From: an uncultured Desulfobacter sp.
GTDB taxonomy: Bacteria; Desulfobacterota; Desulfobacteria; Desulfobacterales; Desulfobacteraceae
Length of the DNA: 64,000 bases
Direction: 5' to 3'
NCBI GenBank assembly: GCA_963665095.1
Contig: OY762069.1
Coordinates: forward strand, 4,128,001-4,192,000
Shown here: in pieces, positions 19,006-28,593 of the stretch
How positions within the stretch are numbered: the stretch's first letter is position 1
How the letters are laid out: every line of letters starts with the position of its first letter
Notes under the pieces: generated by a model
The model's database searches: none
Seen by the model: only the letters and a program-made list of their open reading frames with translations
Told to the model about the DNA's origin: nothing
Translations under genes and position numbers: made by a program

Positions 19006-20202
19006 TCAGGCCCGGCGGAAAACAAGCACGGCATTGTTCCCGCCAAAGGCAACGGACTGGGATATGGCACCGGGTTTGTCAGTTTTCTGGATGGCGGTAA
19101 CCGGGCTCAGGTTAAAATCAGGATCAGGCGTTGAAAATCCCCTTGAGGGGGGAATTTCACCTCTGTTCAGGCAGGCCAGGGTAAACACCGCCTCCAGCGC
19201 ACCGGCCGCCCCCAGGGTATGCCCGGTATATCCTTTGGTGGAAAAAAAAGGAATGCCCGACAGTTTGTCTTTAAACACGGTCATCTCCATACGATCGTTA
19301 TCTTTGGTGCCTGTGCCGTGGGCATTGATGAATCCGATGTCGGAAATATCAATGGAACCGGATGAAAGCACCTGGTCAAGGGCGGCGATCAGTCCGCCGG
19401 CATCAGGCCGCGGCTTGGTCAGGTGATAGGCGTCACAGGCCGCCCCATAGCCAGAAACATAGCCTTTGACCGTGCTTCCCGGGTATGCTCCGCCCGAAGC
19501 AGGCGCAAGAATTACGGCGGCTGCTCCCTCTCCGAGGTTGAGTCCGCTGCGGCCCGCGTCAAAGGGCCTGCAGGGGGCGGCATCGGTAATCATCAGCGAA
19601 ATAAATCCATTATAGGTTACTTTGCACAGCTCGTCGCTGCCCCCGGCTATGACCAGGTCGCACAGACCGGCATTGATCCATTCCCGCGCAACACCGATGG
19701 CATCGGAGCCGGAGGCACAGGCATTGACAACGGTCTGCACAGGCCCTGCCAGCTCAAATGTGTCGGCAATGGCCTGGGCCGGGTTGGAGGAGAGAAACCG
19801 GCAGACCGGCGTCATGTCCGGTGATCCCCCTGTCCGGTACTGGGCGTAAAAGGGGTCGTTGTTCAAGGATGAGCCCACAGTGGTGCCCATGCAGACCCCG
19901 ACCCTTTTGCCCTTAAGGTCTTTAGGCGGGATGCCTGCATCTTCCAGGGCCTGTCTGGCTGCAGCAATGGCCATCCGGGCGGTCAGGCTTAAATCCCTGC
20001 CCTCTGCCGCCAGCTGCAGGGGAAGATCCCCGGGCAGGTTAAACACCGGGTAGGGCACGGGGTGATCTGTTGTAAATGCAGACGGGGGTGCCGGATCCAC
20101 GGGCGCGTTGAACATTCTGTCCATGCACTGTGTCAGATTTTTGCCCAGACAGCACACAGCGCCCATGCCTGTCACGGCAGTCGGTTCACTTAAAATCATC
20201 AT
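19006..20202 (-). CDS. Beta-ketoacyl-ACP synthase
   Basis: NACASG, GLNLGEGAA, INAHGTGT, KGYTGHTLG, AFGGNN; start at ATG 20202 overlapping the upstream stop. Confidence 0.9.
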   Translation of the reverse strand: MMILSEPTAVTGMGAVCCLGKNLTQCMDRMFNAPVDPAPPSAFTTDHPVPYPVFNLPGDLPLQLAAEGRDLSLTARMAIAAARQALEDAGIPPKDLKGKRVGVCMGTTVGSSLNNDPFYAQYRTGGSPDMTPVCRFLSSNPAQAIADTFELAGPVQTVVNACASGSDAIGVAREWINAGLCDLVIAGGSDELCKVTYNGFISLMITDAAPCRPFDAGRSGLNLGEGAAAVILAPASGGAYPGSTVKGYVSGYGAACDAYHLTKPRPDAGGLIAALDQVLSSGSIDISDIGFINAHGTGTKDNDRMEMTVFKDKLSGIPFFSTKGYTGHTLGAAGALEAVFTLACLNRGEIPPSRGFSTPDPDFNLSPVTAIQKTDKPGAISQSVAFGGNNAVLVFRRA

Positions 20203-21149
20203 GTCAGGGAGCCTTTTGCTTGTTGGGCAGGATCTTCGGCCGCATCTGCCTTTGCCTCCTGGTCCCACATATTATAAAAATTAAAAAACTGATACGGATG
20301 GTCCTTTGTGTATTGCTCAAGTGTGGTGAGATATGCCTGGATATAGGGGGCATAGCTTTGGGGCGATTTCCCCGGCTTGGGCGGCACATGGATGATCTGC
20401 GGGATGCTCAGCTCATAGGTGCTGTGCCCGGTTTTAAAGGTGTTAAGCACCACAATGGGTTTCTGGGTAATGCCGGAGAGCTTGTAAGCGCTGAAAGGAA
20501 AAAGGGCCGTGTCATTTAAAAAGGTCATCTCCACAGCATAGGCGGCGTTCCCAAAAAGCCGGTCCCCCATGATGCACAGAATTTCATCATTTTTAAGCAC
20601 ATTGAGCATATCCAGGGTGCCGCCAAGAAACTGGTCCGGATTGATTACTTTGAATTTTTCCGCCAGCCCCTCTTTGGCCTGCTTCCCGATCACTTGCTCC
20701 GGCAGGGCCAGCATGAGCAGGTTCACGGGCCGGTTCAGCCGGGACAGGGCCGTCATGGCCACCTGCCAGCATCCCACATGGGACATGAGAATGATAAAAC
20801 CGGAGTCAAGATCTTTAATCCGGTGATAATCTTCTGGGTCATGGAAATCGGCTTTGATGTTGTTCACGCCCGGGCTCGCCATGACAGCACTGTCAATAAG
20901 CACTTTGCCTAAGTTCAGGACCTGCCGGAAACTGTGCATAAAAAGCTTTGTTCCCCCGGCGCAGGGAAACCGTCTGGACAGATAAGGGCGGCAGTTTTGT
21001 CTCACAGAGGGGAAAAAGGCCACATAGACAAAGACCACAAAATAGAGGCAGAAGTAGGCAAAGCGCCGCCCAAGCAGGCGGACTGCGTAGTGAAAAAAGG
21101 CAAGCCCCCATCGGGTGCCGTATTTTCGTGAATTCCAGGTATGACTCAT
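20199..21149 (-). CDS. Lipid A lauroyl-transferase-like (LpxL family) acyltransferase
   Basis: SHVGCWQ, MGDR, HPYQFFNFYNMW; ATG 21149 preceded by GAGGA RBS. Confidence 0.82.
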   Translation of the reverse strand: MSHTWNSRKYGTRWGLAFFHYAVRLLGRRFAYFCLYFVVFVYVAFFPSVRQNCRPYLSRRFPCAGGTKLFMHSFRQVLNLGKVLIDSAVMASPGVNNIKADFHDPEDYHRIKDLDSGFIILMSHVGCWQVAMTALSRLNRPVNLLMLALPEQVIGKQAKEGLAEKFKVINPDQFLGGTLDMLNVLKNDEILCIMGDRLFGNAAYAVEMTFLNDTALFPFSAYKLSGITQKPIVVLNTFKTGHSTYELSIPQIIHVPPKPGKSPQSYAPYIQAYLTTLEQYTKDHPYQFFNFYNMWDQEAKADAAEDPAQQAKGSLT

Positions 21150-21192
21150 CTTTTCCTCTACGTTAGTTATGGCCTGATTGGTCTGGCCGGGA

Positions 21193-22356
21193 TCACTCCC
21201 TTTCCGGTGCCACGGCAATTGCCGATGCTGCCAGATATATAATGGCAAATGTCAGCGCGCCTAATATCGGGGCCAGGACAAGACCGCCAAGACACCACTC
21301 CACAAAACGGTCCAGACACTGATGGCCCAGTGTCTCAAAGGATATTTCAGTTAAAAAACGTCCCTCATGGGTCAAAAAGTACCCCACCTCAATGCACAGG
21401 GCCGGCACAATGGGCGGCATGCAGAACTGGCTGGCCCCCAGGGCAATAATTTTATTCAGTCTGAAAAAGCCGGCTGCCATGAGAATGGCAAGGGAATGAA
21501 CCGCCACCAGCGGCAGGGTGCCTAAAAACACCCCCACTGCGGCGGCCATGGCAATTTCGTAAGGTGTCAGCCGGTTGGCAAGAAAATGCCGGATGCTCTC
21601 CACGGGCTTGAGTATGGAAAATTTTACCGGTTTAACCCTGCCTGTAATCTGCTTATGGGGCCAGGGCAGAAAAGATCTCAGGGTCAGCCGGGTGTTCAGA
21701 TGGGTCAGCCTGAGATTGTCCATGAAGAGCTTGAAATGGGAAATGCGCTTTCCCGGAGCCTGGTAAAAGACATGGATATCAATAGGCGTTACAGGGACGC
21801 CTGCCCAGGCAGCCTTAACCAGAAACTCAATTTCAAAATCATACCGGGTGCGGTCAAAGGAAAGTTGCTCAAATACATACAGTGGATAGGCCCTGAATCC
21901 GGACTGGGCATCTCCGGCAGACATGCCGGTCTGAACCCGGAACCAGAAATTGGAGAACTCCCGGCCGAAACGGGAAGATTTAGGCGCCGTGGAATTTTTA
22001 AAATCCCGTTTACCGATAATCAGCGCCCGGGGATCTTCCTGGATGGCTGCTGTAAATTTAGGTATATCTTCCGGGCGATGCTGCAGATCGGCATCAATGG
22101 AAATCATATGGGTGTAGCCCTTTGACAGGGCGTATTGCGCCGCAGTCATCAGGGCCGCACCTTTGCCCTGGTTGGTGCTGTGTCTCAGAATTTCAACACC
22201 GATGGTGCCGTCAAAATCCCGGGGCAGGTCGCTGCTGCCGTCATCCACCACCAGGACATCTTTGTGAACCGCCAGGCATCCCTGCACCACTTTTTCAATG
22301 GTCCTGCCATGGTTGAACAATGGAATAACAATCAGAATGCGCACACGTGGTTCCAT
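21193..22356 (-). CDS. Glycosyltransferase family 2 fused to a DUF2062-like membrane domain
   Basis: IPLFN, VDDGSSD, NQGKGAAL, IDADLQH, DAQSGFRAYP; hydrophobic C-terminal half. Confidence 0.88.
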   Translation of the reverse strand: MEPRVRILIVIPLFNHGRTIEKVVQGCLAVHKDVLVVDDGSSDLPRDFDGTIGVEILRHSTNQGKGAALMTAAQYALSKGYTHMISIDADLQHRPEDIPKFTAAIQEDPRALIIGKRDFKNSTAPKSSRFGREFSNFWFRVQTGMSAGDAQSGFRAYPLYVFEQLSFDRTRYDFEIEFLVKAAWAGVPVTPIDIHVFYQAPGKRISHFKLFMDNLRLTHLNTRLTLRSFLPWPHKQITGRVKPVKFSILKPVESIRHFLANRLTPYEIAMAAAVGVFLGTLPLVAVHSLAILMAAGFFRLNKIIALGASQFCMPPIVPALCIEVGYFLTHEGRFLTEISFETLGHQCLDRFVEWCLGGLVLAPILGALTFAIIYLAASAIAVAPERE

Positions 22357-22364
22357 TGCAATAG

Positions 22365-23963
22365 CTATAACTCTTCCAGATACTCGGACAGGCTGTCAAA
22401 CAAGGGGCTTGAAAAGAGCAGGCGTCTGAATTTAACCAGAAGGTCGTGGAAAATGGTTGTATTGTCATACACCTGAAATTCCCGGTTCAGAATGTCGTAA
22501 ATTCTACCTGTTCCTTTGCCGAGGTGTTGGGAGTGCCTGAAGGATAATGCCTGGAGATCCGCCAACATTTCCAGGGTCACCACATGCTTGGCATGGCTGA
22601 CCAGGCGAAGGGCTTTTCGTGCTGCCACGGTTCCCATGGAGACGATATCCTGGTTACTGGCGTTGCACGATATGGAGTTCACGCTCATGGGAGCCGCCAG
22701 ATTCCTGTTTTCCGCCGTGGTGGAGGTGGCCAGGTACTGCGCCCCCATGAACCCCATGGTTAAACCGACCTCGCCGGGGATCAGATGTTCGGGCAGGCCT
22801 TCGTTCAGGTGCCTGTCCAGAAGTTTGTTTGTGCGGCGTTCAGACAGGTTGCACAGGGTGGACAGGGCAATGCACAGCATGTCCATGGCAAAGCTGATGC
22901 TCTGTCCGTGGAAATTGCCGCCATGCAGGATTTTTTTCTCTTCCGCAATGATGATGGGATTGTCGTTGGTGGAGTTGGCTTCAATTTCAACCACAGATAC
23001 CGCATAGTCCACTGCCTCCTTCACCGGTGCGAGCACCTGGGGCGTGCAGCGAAGGGAGTATACGTCCTGGACATTGATGCTGGTCTCAAACACTGCCGCA
23101 TCTTTTTCTTCCTGGTTCCTGATTTTTTGATGAAGATCATCTCTCAGGCTGATATTGCCGGATCCCTGGTAGAGATTTCTGATGAGTTCCGCTGTTTTTA
23201 CCTGACCGGGATGGGGTTTGATCCGGTGGAGATCCGGGTCAAAGGCATCCACAATGCCGCCGAAAATTTCCACGGCAAAGGCGGCGTTCACGCAGGCAAT
23301 GTTGAAAAGCCGGGTGGCCCCGAGCAGCGCAAAGGCGGCAATGCCGGTCATGGCCGCAGTGCCGTTCATCAGGGCCAGCCCTTCCTTGAAGCTTAAGGTC
23401 AGCGGTACCAGCCCTGCTTTTTCAAAGGCGTCCACCGCAGGCATCAGCTCTTTTTTATAGTAAACATTGCCTTTGCCGATAATGGCCAGGGACATGTGGG
23501 CCAGGTGGATCAGATCTCCCGAGGCCCCCACGCTGCCGCACTCGGGTATATACGGGGCAATGGATGCGTTAATCATATCCCGCATCAGGGTCAACAGCCG
23601 GATTCTGACACCGGAATGCCCTTTTACAAGGGTGTTGAGACGGACGGCCATGATACCTAGAGCAATATGGGCGGGGATGGGATCGCCCAAGCCTGCCGCA
23701 TGGCTGGTAATCAGATTGGTCTGGAGGGTCTCAATTTCCCGGTCATTGATGATTTTATTGCACATGGGGCCAAAGGAGGTGTTCACGCCGTAAATCACCT
23801 TTTTCTCTTTAACCTGGGCGCTTAGAAAATCACGGGAAGCCCGGCAGACTTCGATAGATTTTGGGTCCAGTTCAATTTTTTTGATGCCAATGCCAATGGC
23901 AATAATGTCCTGAAAGGTCAGATCATTGCCGGTAAGGGTTACTTTATTCTGTGTTTTTGTCAT
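22365..23963 (-). CDS. MIO-dependent aromatic amino acid/histidine ammonia-lyase
   Basis: YGVNTSFG, GSVGASGDL (MIO-forming ASG), KEGLALMNGT, QDVYSLRC, NDNP, GGNFHG. Confidence 0.92.
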   Translation of the reverse strand: MTKTQNKVTLTGNDLTFQDIIAIGIGIKKIELDPKSIEVCRASRDFLSAQVKEKKVIYGVNTSFGPMCNKIINDREIETLQTNLITSHAAGLGDPIPAHIALGIMAVRLNTLVKGHSGVRIRLLTLMRDMINASIAPYIPECGSVGASGDLIHLAHMSLAIIGKGNVYYKKELMPAVDAFEKAGLVPLTLSFKEGLALMNGTAAMTGIAAFALLGATRLFNIACVNAAFAVEIFGGIVDAFDPDLHRIKPHPGQVKTAELIRNLYQGSGNISLRDDLHQKIRNQEEKDAAVFETSINVQDVYSLRCTPQVLAPVKEAVDYAVSVVEIEANSTNDNPIIIAEEKKILHGGNFHGQSISFAMDMLCIALSTLCNLSERRTNKLLDRHLNEGLPEHLIPGEVGLTMGFMGAQYLATSTTAENRNLAAPMSVNSISCNASNQDIVSMGTVAARKALRLVSHAKHVVTLEMLADLQALSFRHSQHLGKGTGRIYDILNREFQVYDNTTIFHDLLVKFRRLLFSSPLFDSLSEYLEEL

Positions 23964-23978
23964 TTTGGGGCGGGTTTC

Positions 23979-25412
23979 CTACCTGAGATCAAAAAAGGTG
24001 ATGCGTTTTCTTTTTTTATGAAGCTGGTACACTTTCTGGTCCACCTGCTGGGCCGGTACAATCTTTATTTCCGGGACCACGCGAAGCACAGCCTGCAGAT
24101 GCTCTGTCATCCATCCGGGTACCGCGTCACAGCCTGAATGTTCAGGATGATTCTTTAGTGCGGCCACAAGACAGACCCTGTCGGTTCCGTCGTCATTCAG
24201 CCTGGCTTCAACATATCCCCCATGGAATTTTTCATTTCCCTCAAGGGCGCCAAGGATGGCATTGGGGAACAGGGTGGTGCCCTTGTATTTGAGCATCTGA
24301 TGTTTCCGGCCTGATATGGGCGCAAGCCTGGGCGAGGTTCTGCCGCAGGCACAGGGTTGGGTAATCATATATGAAAGATCCCCTGTGCGGAACCGGATCA
24401 GGGGCATGCCTGTAACACCTAAGGGCGTCACCACCACCTCTCCGAGTTCACCGTCCAGTACAGGGCGGTCCCTGTCATCAAGGATTTCAACAATGATCAT
24501 TTCCGGTCTGAGATGGCCCCCGGCCCGGGCCTCACACTCACAAAAGGTGGTGGCCATTTCAGATGAGGCGTAGGTTGAATAGATGGCCGCCCCCCACATG
24601 GTTTCAAGCCTGTGCGACATGGGAAGAAGTGACAGGGAGGCATCCCGGGTGGGTTCACCAATGGCGATGAGTTTTTTTACACTGGATGCCGCAGGATCAT
24701 ACCCGTTTTCAAGGGCAAAACTGCCGATTTTATGCATCAGGGAGGGGACCCCCACCATGGCGGTGGCATTGGTACGCCGGGTCAGCTCCCAGAGCTGGGC
24801 CGCAGAACCGGAGCCAGCCCTGACCACTGAGGCTGACACTTTTGTGCCTCCCATGAAATAGGCCAGGCCTGCCATGAAACAGCGGTCTATGGCGGCACAG
24901 ACAATCAGTGTGTCCGTATCTGTGATGCCTGCCATGCCAAAGGCAAGTTGTTCGTTGTATGCAAGGCGGGACAGGTCCGATGCTGTCTGGGGAATGATGG
25001 TGGCTTCTCCGCCTGATGTGCCGGATGTCAGGCAGATGTCAACAATCTGCCTTTGATCTGCACAGCATAACAGCTCTGTGTTTTCCAGATCTGATTTCTC
25101 GGTGATGGGCAGCGCGGTAATATCCGACAGTGTCCGGATGTCGTCAATGTCGACACCGGCTGCTTTAAAGGATGCCTGATAAAATCGTGAACCGGAAAGG
25201 GTATAGGAGAGATGATCCAGAAAAAGCCGGGTCTGAACCTTTAAAATTTCATCAGATGATGCATATTGAAGCCCAGCATGAACCTGGGCCGGGAAATCAG
25301 TGAATAACTGCAGCGGGTTATTTCGTTCCAATTTTTGTGGAGATGTCATCAGCGGTATATTAAAAATCCTTTTTTGTATCGGTTTTAAAGCGCCCCGGGC
25401 AAATGTATTCAA
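23979..25412 (-). CDS. Phenylacetate-CoA ligase-like adenylating enzyme
   Basis: TSGTSG, STYASSE, GMPLIRFRTGD, CACGR; start uncertain (ATG at 25349 also possible). Confidence 0.85.
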   Translation of the reverse strand: MNTFARGALKPIQKRIFNIPLMTSPQKLERNNPLQLFTDFPAQVHAGLQYASSDEILKVQTRLFLDHLSYTLSGSRFYQASFKAAGVDIDDIRTLSDITALPITEKSDLENTELLCCADQRQIVDICLTSGTSGGEATIIPQTASDLSRLAYNEQLAFGMAGITDTDTLIVCAAIDRCFMAGLAYFMGGTKVSASVVRAGSGSAAQLWELTRRTNATAMVGVPSLMHKIGSFALENGYDPAASSVKKLIAIGEPTRDASLSLLPMSHRLETMWGAAIYSTYASSEMATTFCECEARAGGHLRPEMIIVEILDDRDRPVLDGELGEVVVTPLGVTGMPLIRFRTGDLSYMITQPCACGRTSPRLAPISGRKHQMLKYKGTTLFPNAILGALEGNEKFHGGYVEARLNDDGTDRVCLVAALKNHPEHSGCDAVPGWMTEHLQAVLRVVPEIKIVPAQQVDQKVYQLHKKRKRITFFDLR

Positions 25413-25627
25413 GTGTAAGGACGAAAAACAGCCATGGGCATTTTCCCCTTTTCCATTGATCCCTTTTTAAGATGCCTCTTCCCTGGAGCAGTTTGGTTTT
25501 ATCTTTGTCAGTTTAACAAGTCAAGAATTTGCCTTTTTTATCATTTTTTTTTATAACCGCAGCTTATAAAAAGTGATCTCCGGCAAATAAAAGCCGGAAA
25601 AATTTTATTGTTAATTTCTGGGTGTAT

Positions 25628-26773
25628 ATGAAAACCATTCATTACCATCTGATCTGTGATTCCTCAAATATGGAAGCCCTGGCAGACCAGAGCGTCAACC
25701 TTGTGGTGACCTCTCCTCCCTATCCCATGATTGACATGTGGGATGATGTGTTCTGCCGGCAAAACACCAAAATTAAGACCTGTCTGAAAAAGGATGAAGG
25801 GTTTCAGGCCTTTGAATATATGCACCAACTGCTGGACCGGGTCTGGAAAGAGGTGTACAGGGTGCTTTTGCCCGGCGGGTTTGCCTGTATCAATATCGGG
25901 GATGCCACACGCACCATTGGGGGGGATTTTGCCCTGTATCCCAATCATGCAAGAATTTTAAGTGCTGCCCAGGCACTGGGGTTTACAATGCTTCCCTGCA
26001 TTTTATGGCGCAAACAGACCAATGCACCTAATAAATTCATGGGCTCGGGCATGCTGCCGGCAGGGGCCTATGTGACCCTGGAGCACGAATATATTCTTAT
26101 TTTAAGAAAAGGGGGGAAGCGGGTCTTTTCAACTCCGGGAGACAGGGAAACACGTCAAAACAGTGCCTTGTTCTGGGAAGAGCGCAACCAGTGGTTTTCA
26201 GACATCTGGCTGGACCTCAAGGGTACACGCCAGGCCATGGGAAAAAAGAAAAGCCGTACCCGGAGCGGGGCCTTTCCCTTTGAACTGGCCTGGCGCCTGA
26301 TCAATATGTATTCCCTTAAAGAGGACGTTGTACTGGACCCCTTTCTGGGTACTGGCACCACCACCCTGGCCGCCATGGCCGCCGGCCGCAGTTCCATGGG
26401 CTGTGAAATTGACGAAACCGTTCTGGCCGACTTTAATACCCCATGGCAGGCCCGTCTGGATGAATTTTCAAACATCATAGTACAGCGCCTTGACCGGCAT
26501 AAAGCGTTTGTCCGTGAGCGTCTTGAGGCGGGTAAACCCATAAAGCATGAAAACAGCCATTATGGATTCCCTGTGGTCACGAGCCAGGAAAAGAATCTTG
26601 TATTCAGTGTGCCGGTATCTGTTGAAAGAAAAGAAGACGGCGGCATGGTGGTTCATTACAGCACAACACCTGAGGATACAGGGCCATTGATGAAAACTGC
26701 GCCTCGTTCAGCCAGCTCTGCCATGCCGCTGTCAGATGGGTCATTATTTCCCGGTTTTGATAATAATTCTTAG
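25628..26773 (+). CDS. Site-specific DNA methyltransferase (N4-C/N6-A type, beta class)
   Basis: VTSPPY catalytic motif precedes the VLDPFLGTGTT SAM-binding motif. Confidence 0.88.
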   Translation: MKTIHYHLICDSSNMEALADQSVNLVVTSPPYPMIDMWDDVFCRQNTKIKTCLKKDEGFQAFEYMHQLLDRVWKEVYRVLLPGGFACINIGDATRTIGGDFALYPNHARILSAAQALGFTMLPCILWRKQTNAPNKFMGSGMLPAGAYVTLEHEYILILRKGGKRVFSTPGDRETRQNSALFWEERNQWFSDIWLDLKGTRQAMGKKKSRTRSGAFPFELAWRLINMYSLKEDVVLDPFLGTGTTTLAAMAAGRSSMGCEIDETVLADFNTPWQARLDEFSNIIVQRLDRHKAFVRERLEAGKPIKHENSHYGFPVVTSQEKNLVFSVPVSVERKEDGGMVVHYSTTPEDTGPLMKTAPRSASSAMPLSDGSLFPGFDNNS

Positions 26774-26833
26774 GGGTTCAGTTTTCTCAAAACCGTATGA
26801 ATTGCCAGGCTGGTTCGCATCCGTTTTGATGAA

Positions 26834-27478
26834 CTAGTGCCTGAACGAAAACCCCGTGTTTGGTGTTTGAACGGGTACAATCCCCTTTTCCTTAAGAAAG
26901 GTCAGTATCCGGTCTCTTCCCTGCTCTATGGTCAGGGTGTCGGCATCCAGATGAATTTCCGGGTTTGACGGCACTTCATAGGGGGCTGTGATGCCTGTGA
27001 ACTCAGCAATCTCTCCGGCCCGTGCCTTTTTGTACAGCCCTTTTTGATCTCTTTGTTCACAGGTCTGAATGGCGGCATCCACATGAACTTCAATAAAGCG
27101 GTCCGGGGCAATCAGGTGCCGGGCAAGGTCTCTGTCCTTCTGATAGGGAGAAATAAAGGCGGTCAGGGTGATGACTCCGGCATGGGTGAACAGCCTGCCC
27201 AGCTCCGCAATCCGGCGGATATTCTCTTCCCGGTCTTCCGGGGAAAATCCCAGGTTTTTGTTCAGGCCCTGCCGGATATTGTCCCCGTCAAGCACAAAGG
27301 TCAGTTTGTTCTGCCGGTGAAGGGCCAGGGCCGTTGCATTGGCCAGGGTGGACTTGCCTGACGCGGACAGGCCGGTAAACCAGATCAGGGCGCCCTTCTG
27401 CCCTAAGAGGGCTTCCCTGTCTGACTGAGTTACGCTGGCATCATGCCAGAAAAGATGATTGGTCGGGGCTGTACTCAT
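26834..27478 (-). CDS. cysC: Adenylyl-sulfate (APS) kinase
   Basis: WFTGLSASGKST, LDGDNIR, DREENIRR, KGLYKKARAGEI..FTGI. Confidence 0.95.
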   Translation of the reverse strand: MSTAPTNHLFWHDASVTQSDREALLGQKGALIWFTGLSASGKSTLANATALALHRQNKLTFVLDGDNIRQGLNKNLGFSPEDREENIRRIAELGRLFTHAGVITLTAFISPYQKDRDLARHLIAPDRFIEVHVDAAIQTCEQRDQKGLYKKARAGEIAEFTGITAPYEVPSNPEIHLDADTLTIEQGRDRILTFLKEKGIVPVQTPNTGFSFRH

Positions 27479-27963
27479 AAATATTCCTCTCCAGCCCCCT
27501 GTCAGGCGGCATCGCCTTACAGGGGGGCTGCTTTAAATTGTCTGCCAGTAAAGAAGTCTTGCAGGTGCCATTCCCTGTATTGTTAAGGTCAGTGCACTCG
27601 TTTTTTCAAGCTGTGGCGTTGAGCACCTTGAAACCGGCATCCTTAAGGCGTATGTACGGCTGAATTCAATATCTGTACCATCAGTTGAAAGTGCTGATTG
27701 CCCTGAAAAGAACGCCCGGGGACCAGGCACCGTTAACCCCTTCTTTTTCACTTTGTAAAAATAGCTGACAGCCTCAGCCATTTTTCAATAGCCCGGTCTG
27801 CCGGGTTAAGGAACGTTTTACCCCGGGCCCTGTGACTTGAATACTTTGACAAAGCCATTATTGTTTACAAAGTACCTGCCGGCCGGGTATTATGGCATTT
27901 GATTTGAGCCGGCTGGTTCTGAAGTAATTGATAAAACTATCAGAAATAGACAAGGAGGATGTT

Positions 27964-28464
27964 ATGGCATCTACGTTACTTGCAGGAAACCCCGTGTCCC
28001 TTTCCGGTGATTTTCCCAAAACCGGTGATCAGGCAAAAAATTTCTCTGGAGCAGGCCAGGACCTCATAGATATTCAATTGTCCGATTTCTCGGGCAAGCA
28101 GGTAGTTCTTAATATTTTTCCCAGCATTGACACGCCTGTCTGCGCTATGTCCGTCCGAAAATTTAATGAAAAGGCGGCTGCCGTCAGCAATACCGTTGTC
28201 CTTTGTATTTCCGCTGACCTGCCCTTTGCCCATAAGCGGTTTTGCGGGGCTGAAGGCATAGAGAACGTGATTACGGCTTCTGTTTTCCGTAATCCCCAGT
28301 TTGCCCGTGATTACGGGGTGGCCATTCAGGATACCCCCATGGCAGGGCTGACGGCCCGGGCGGTTGTGGTTCTGGACACAAAGGGTGTGGTGGTTCATGC
28401 TCAGATGGTACCTGAAATCAAGCAGGAACCGGATTATGAGGCTGCGCTGGCGGCACTTTCCTGA
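27964..28464 (+). CDS. tpx: Thiol peroxidase Tpx
   Basis: [38 protein letters not shown] before ATG 27964. Confidence 0.95.
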   Translation: MASTLLAGNPVSLSGDFPKTGDQAKNFSGAGQDLIDIQLSDFSGKQVVLNIFPSIDTPVCAMSVRKFNEKAAAVSNTVVLCISADLPFAHKRFCGAEGIENVITASVFRNPQFARDYGVAIQDTPMAGLTARAVVVLDTKGVVVHAQMVPEIKQEPDYEAALAALS

Positions 28465-28593
28465 ATTAAAAGACTTGTGTGCCCTGCCACGAAAAGTGTT
28501 TCAGAAAAGTTAAAAACATATTTATCTCTCAATCGCCTTGCACTGTTGCAAGGCGTTATATATTTAATTAAAACATAAGGAGTTAATTTAAAG

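Noticed and set aside
27533..27781. 82-aa minus-strand ORF upstream of cysC
   Set aside because: No recognisable family and no clear RBS; could be a remnant but cannot be supported without a search.
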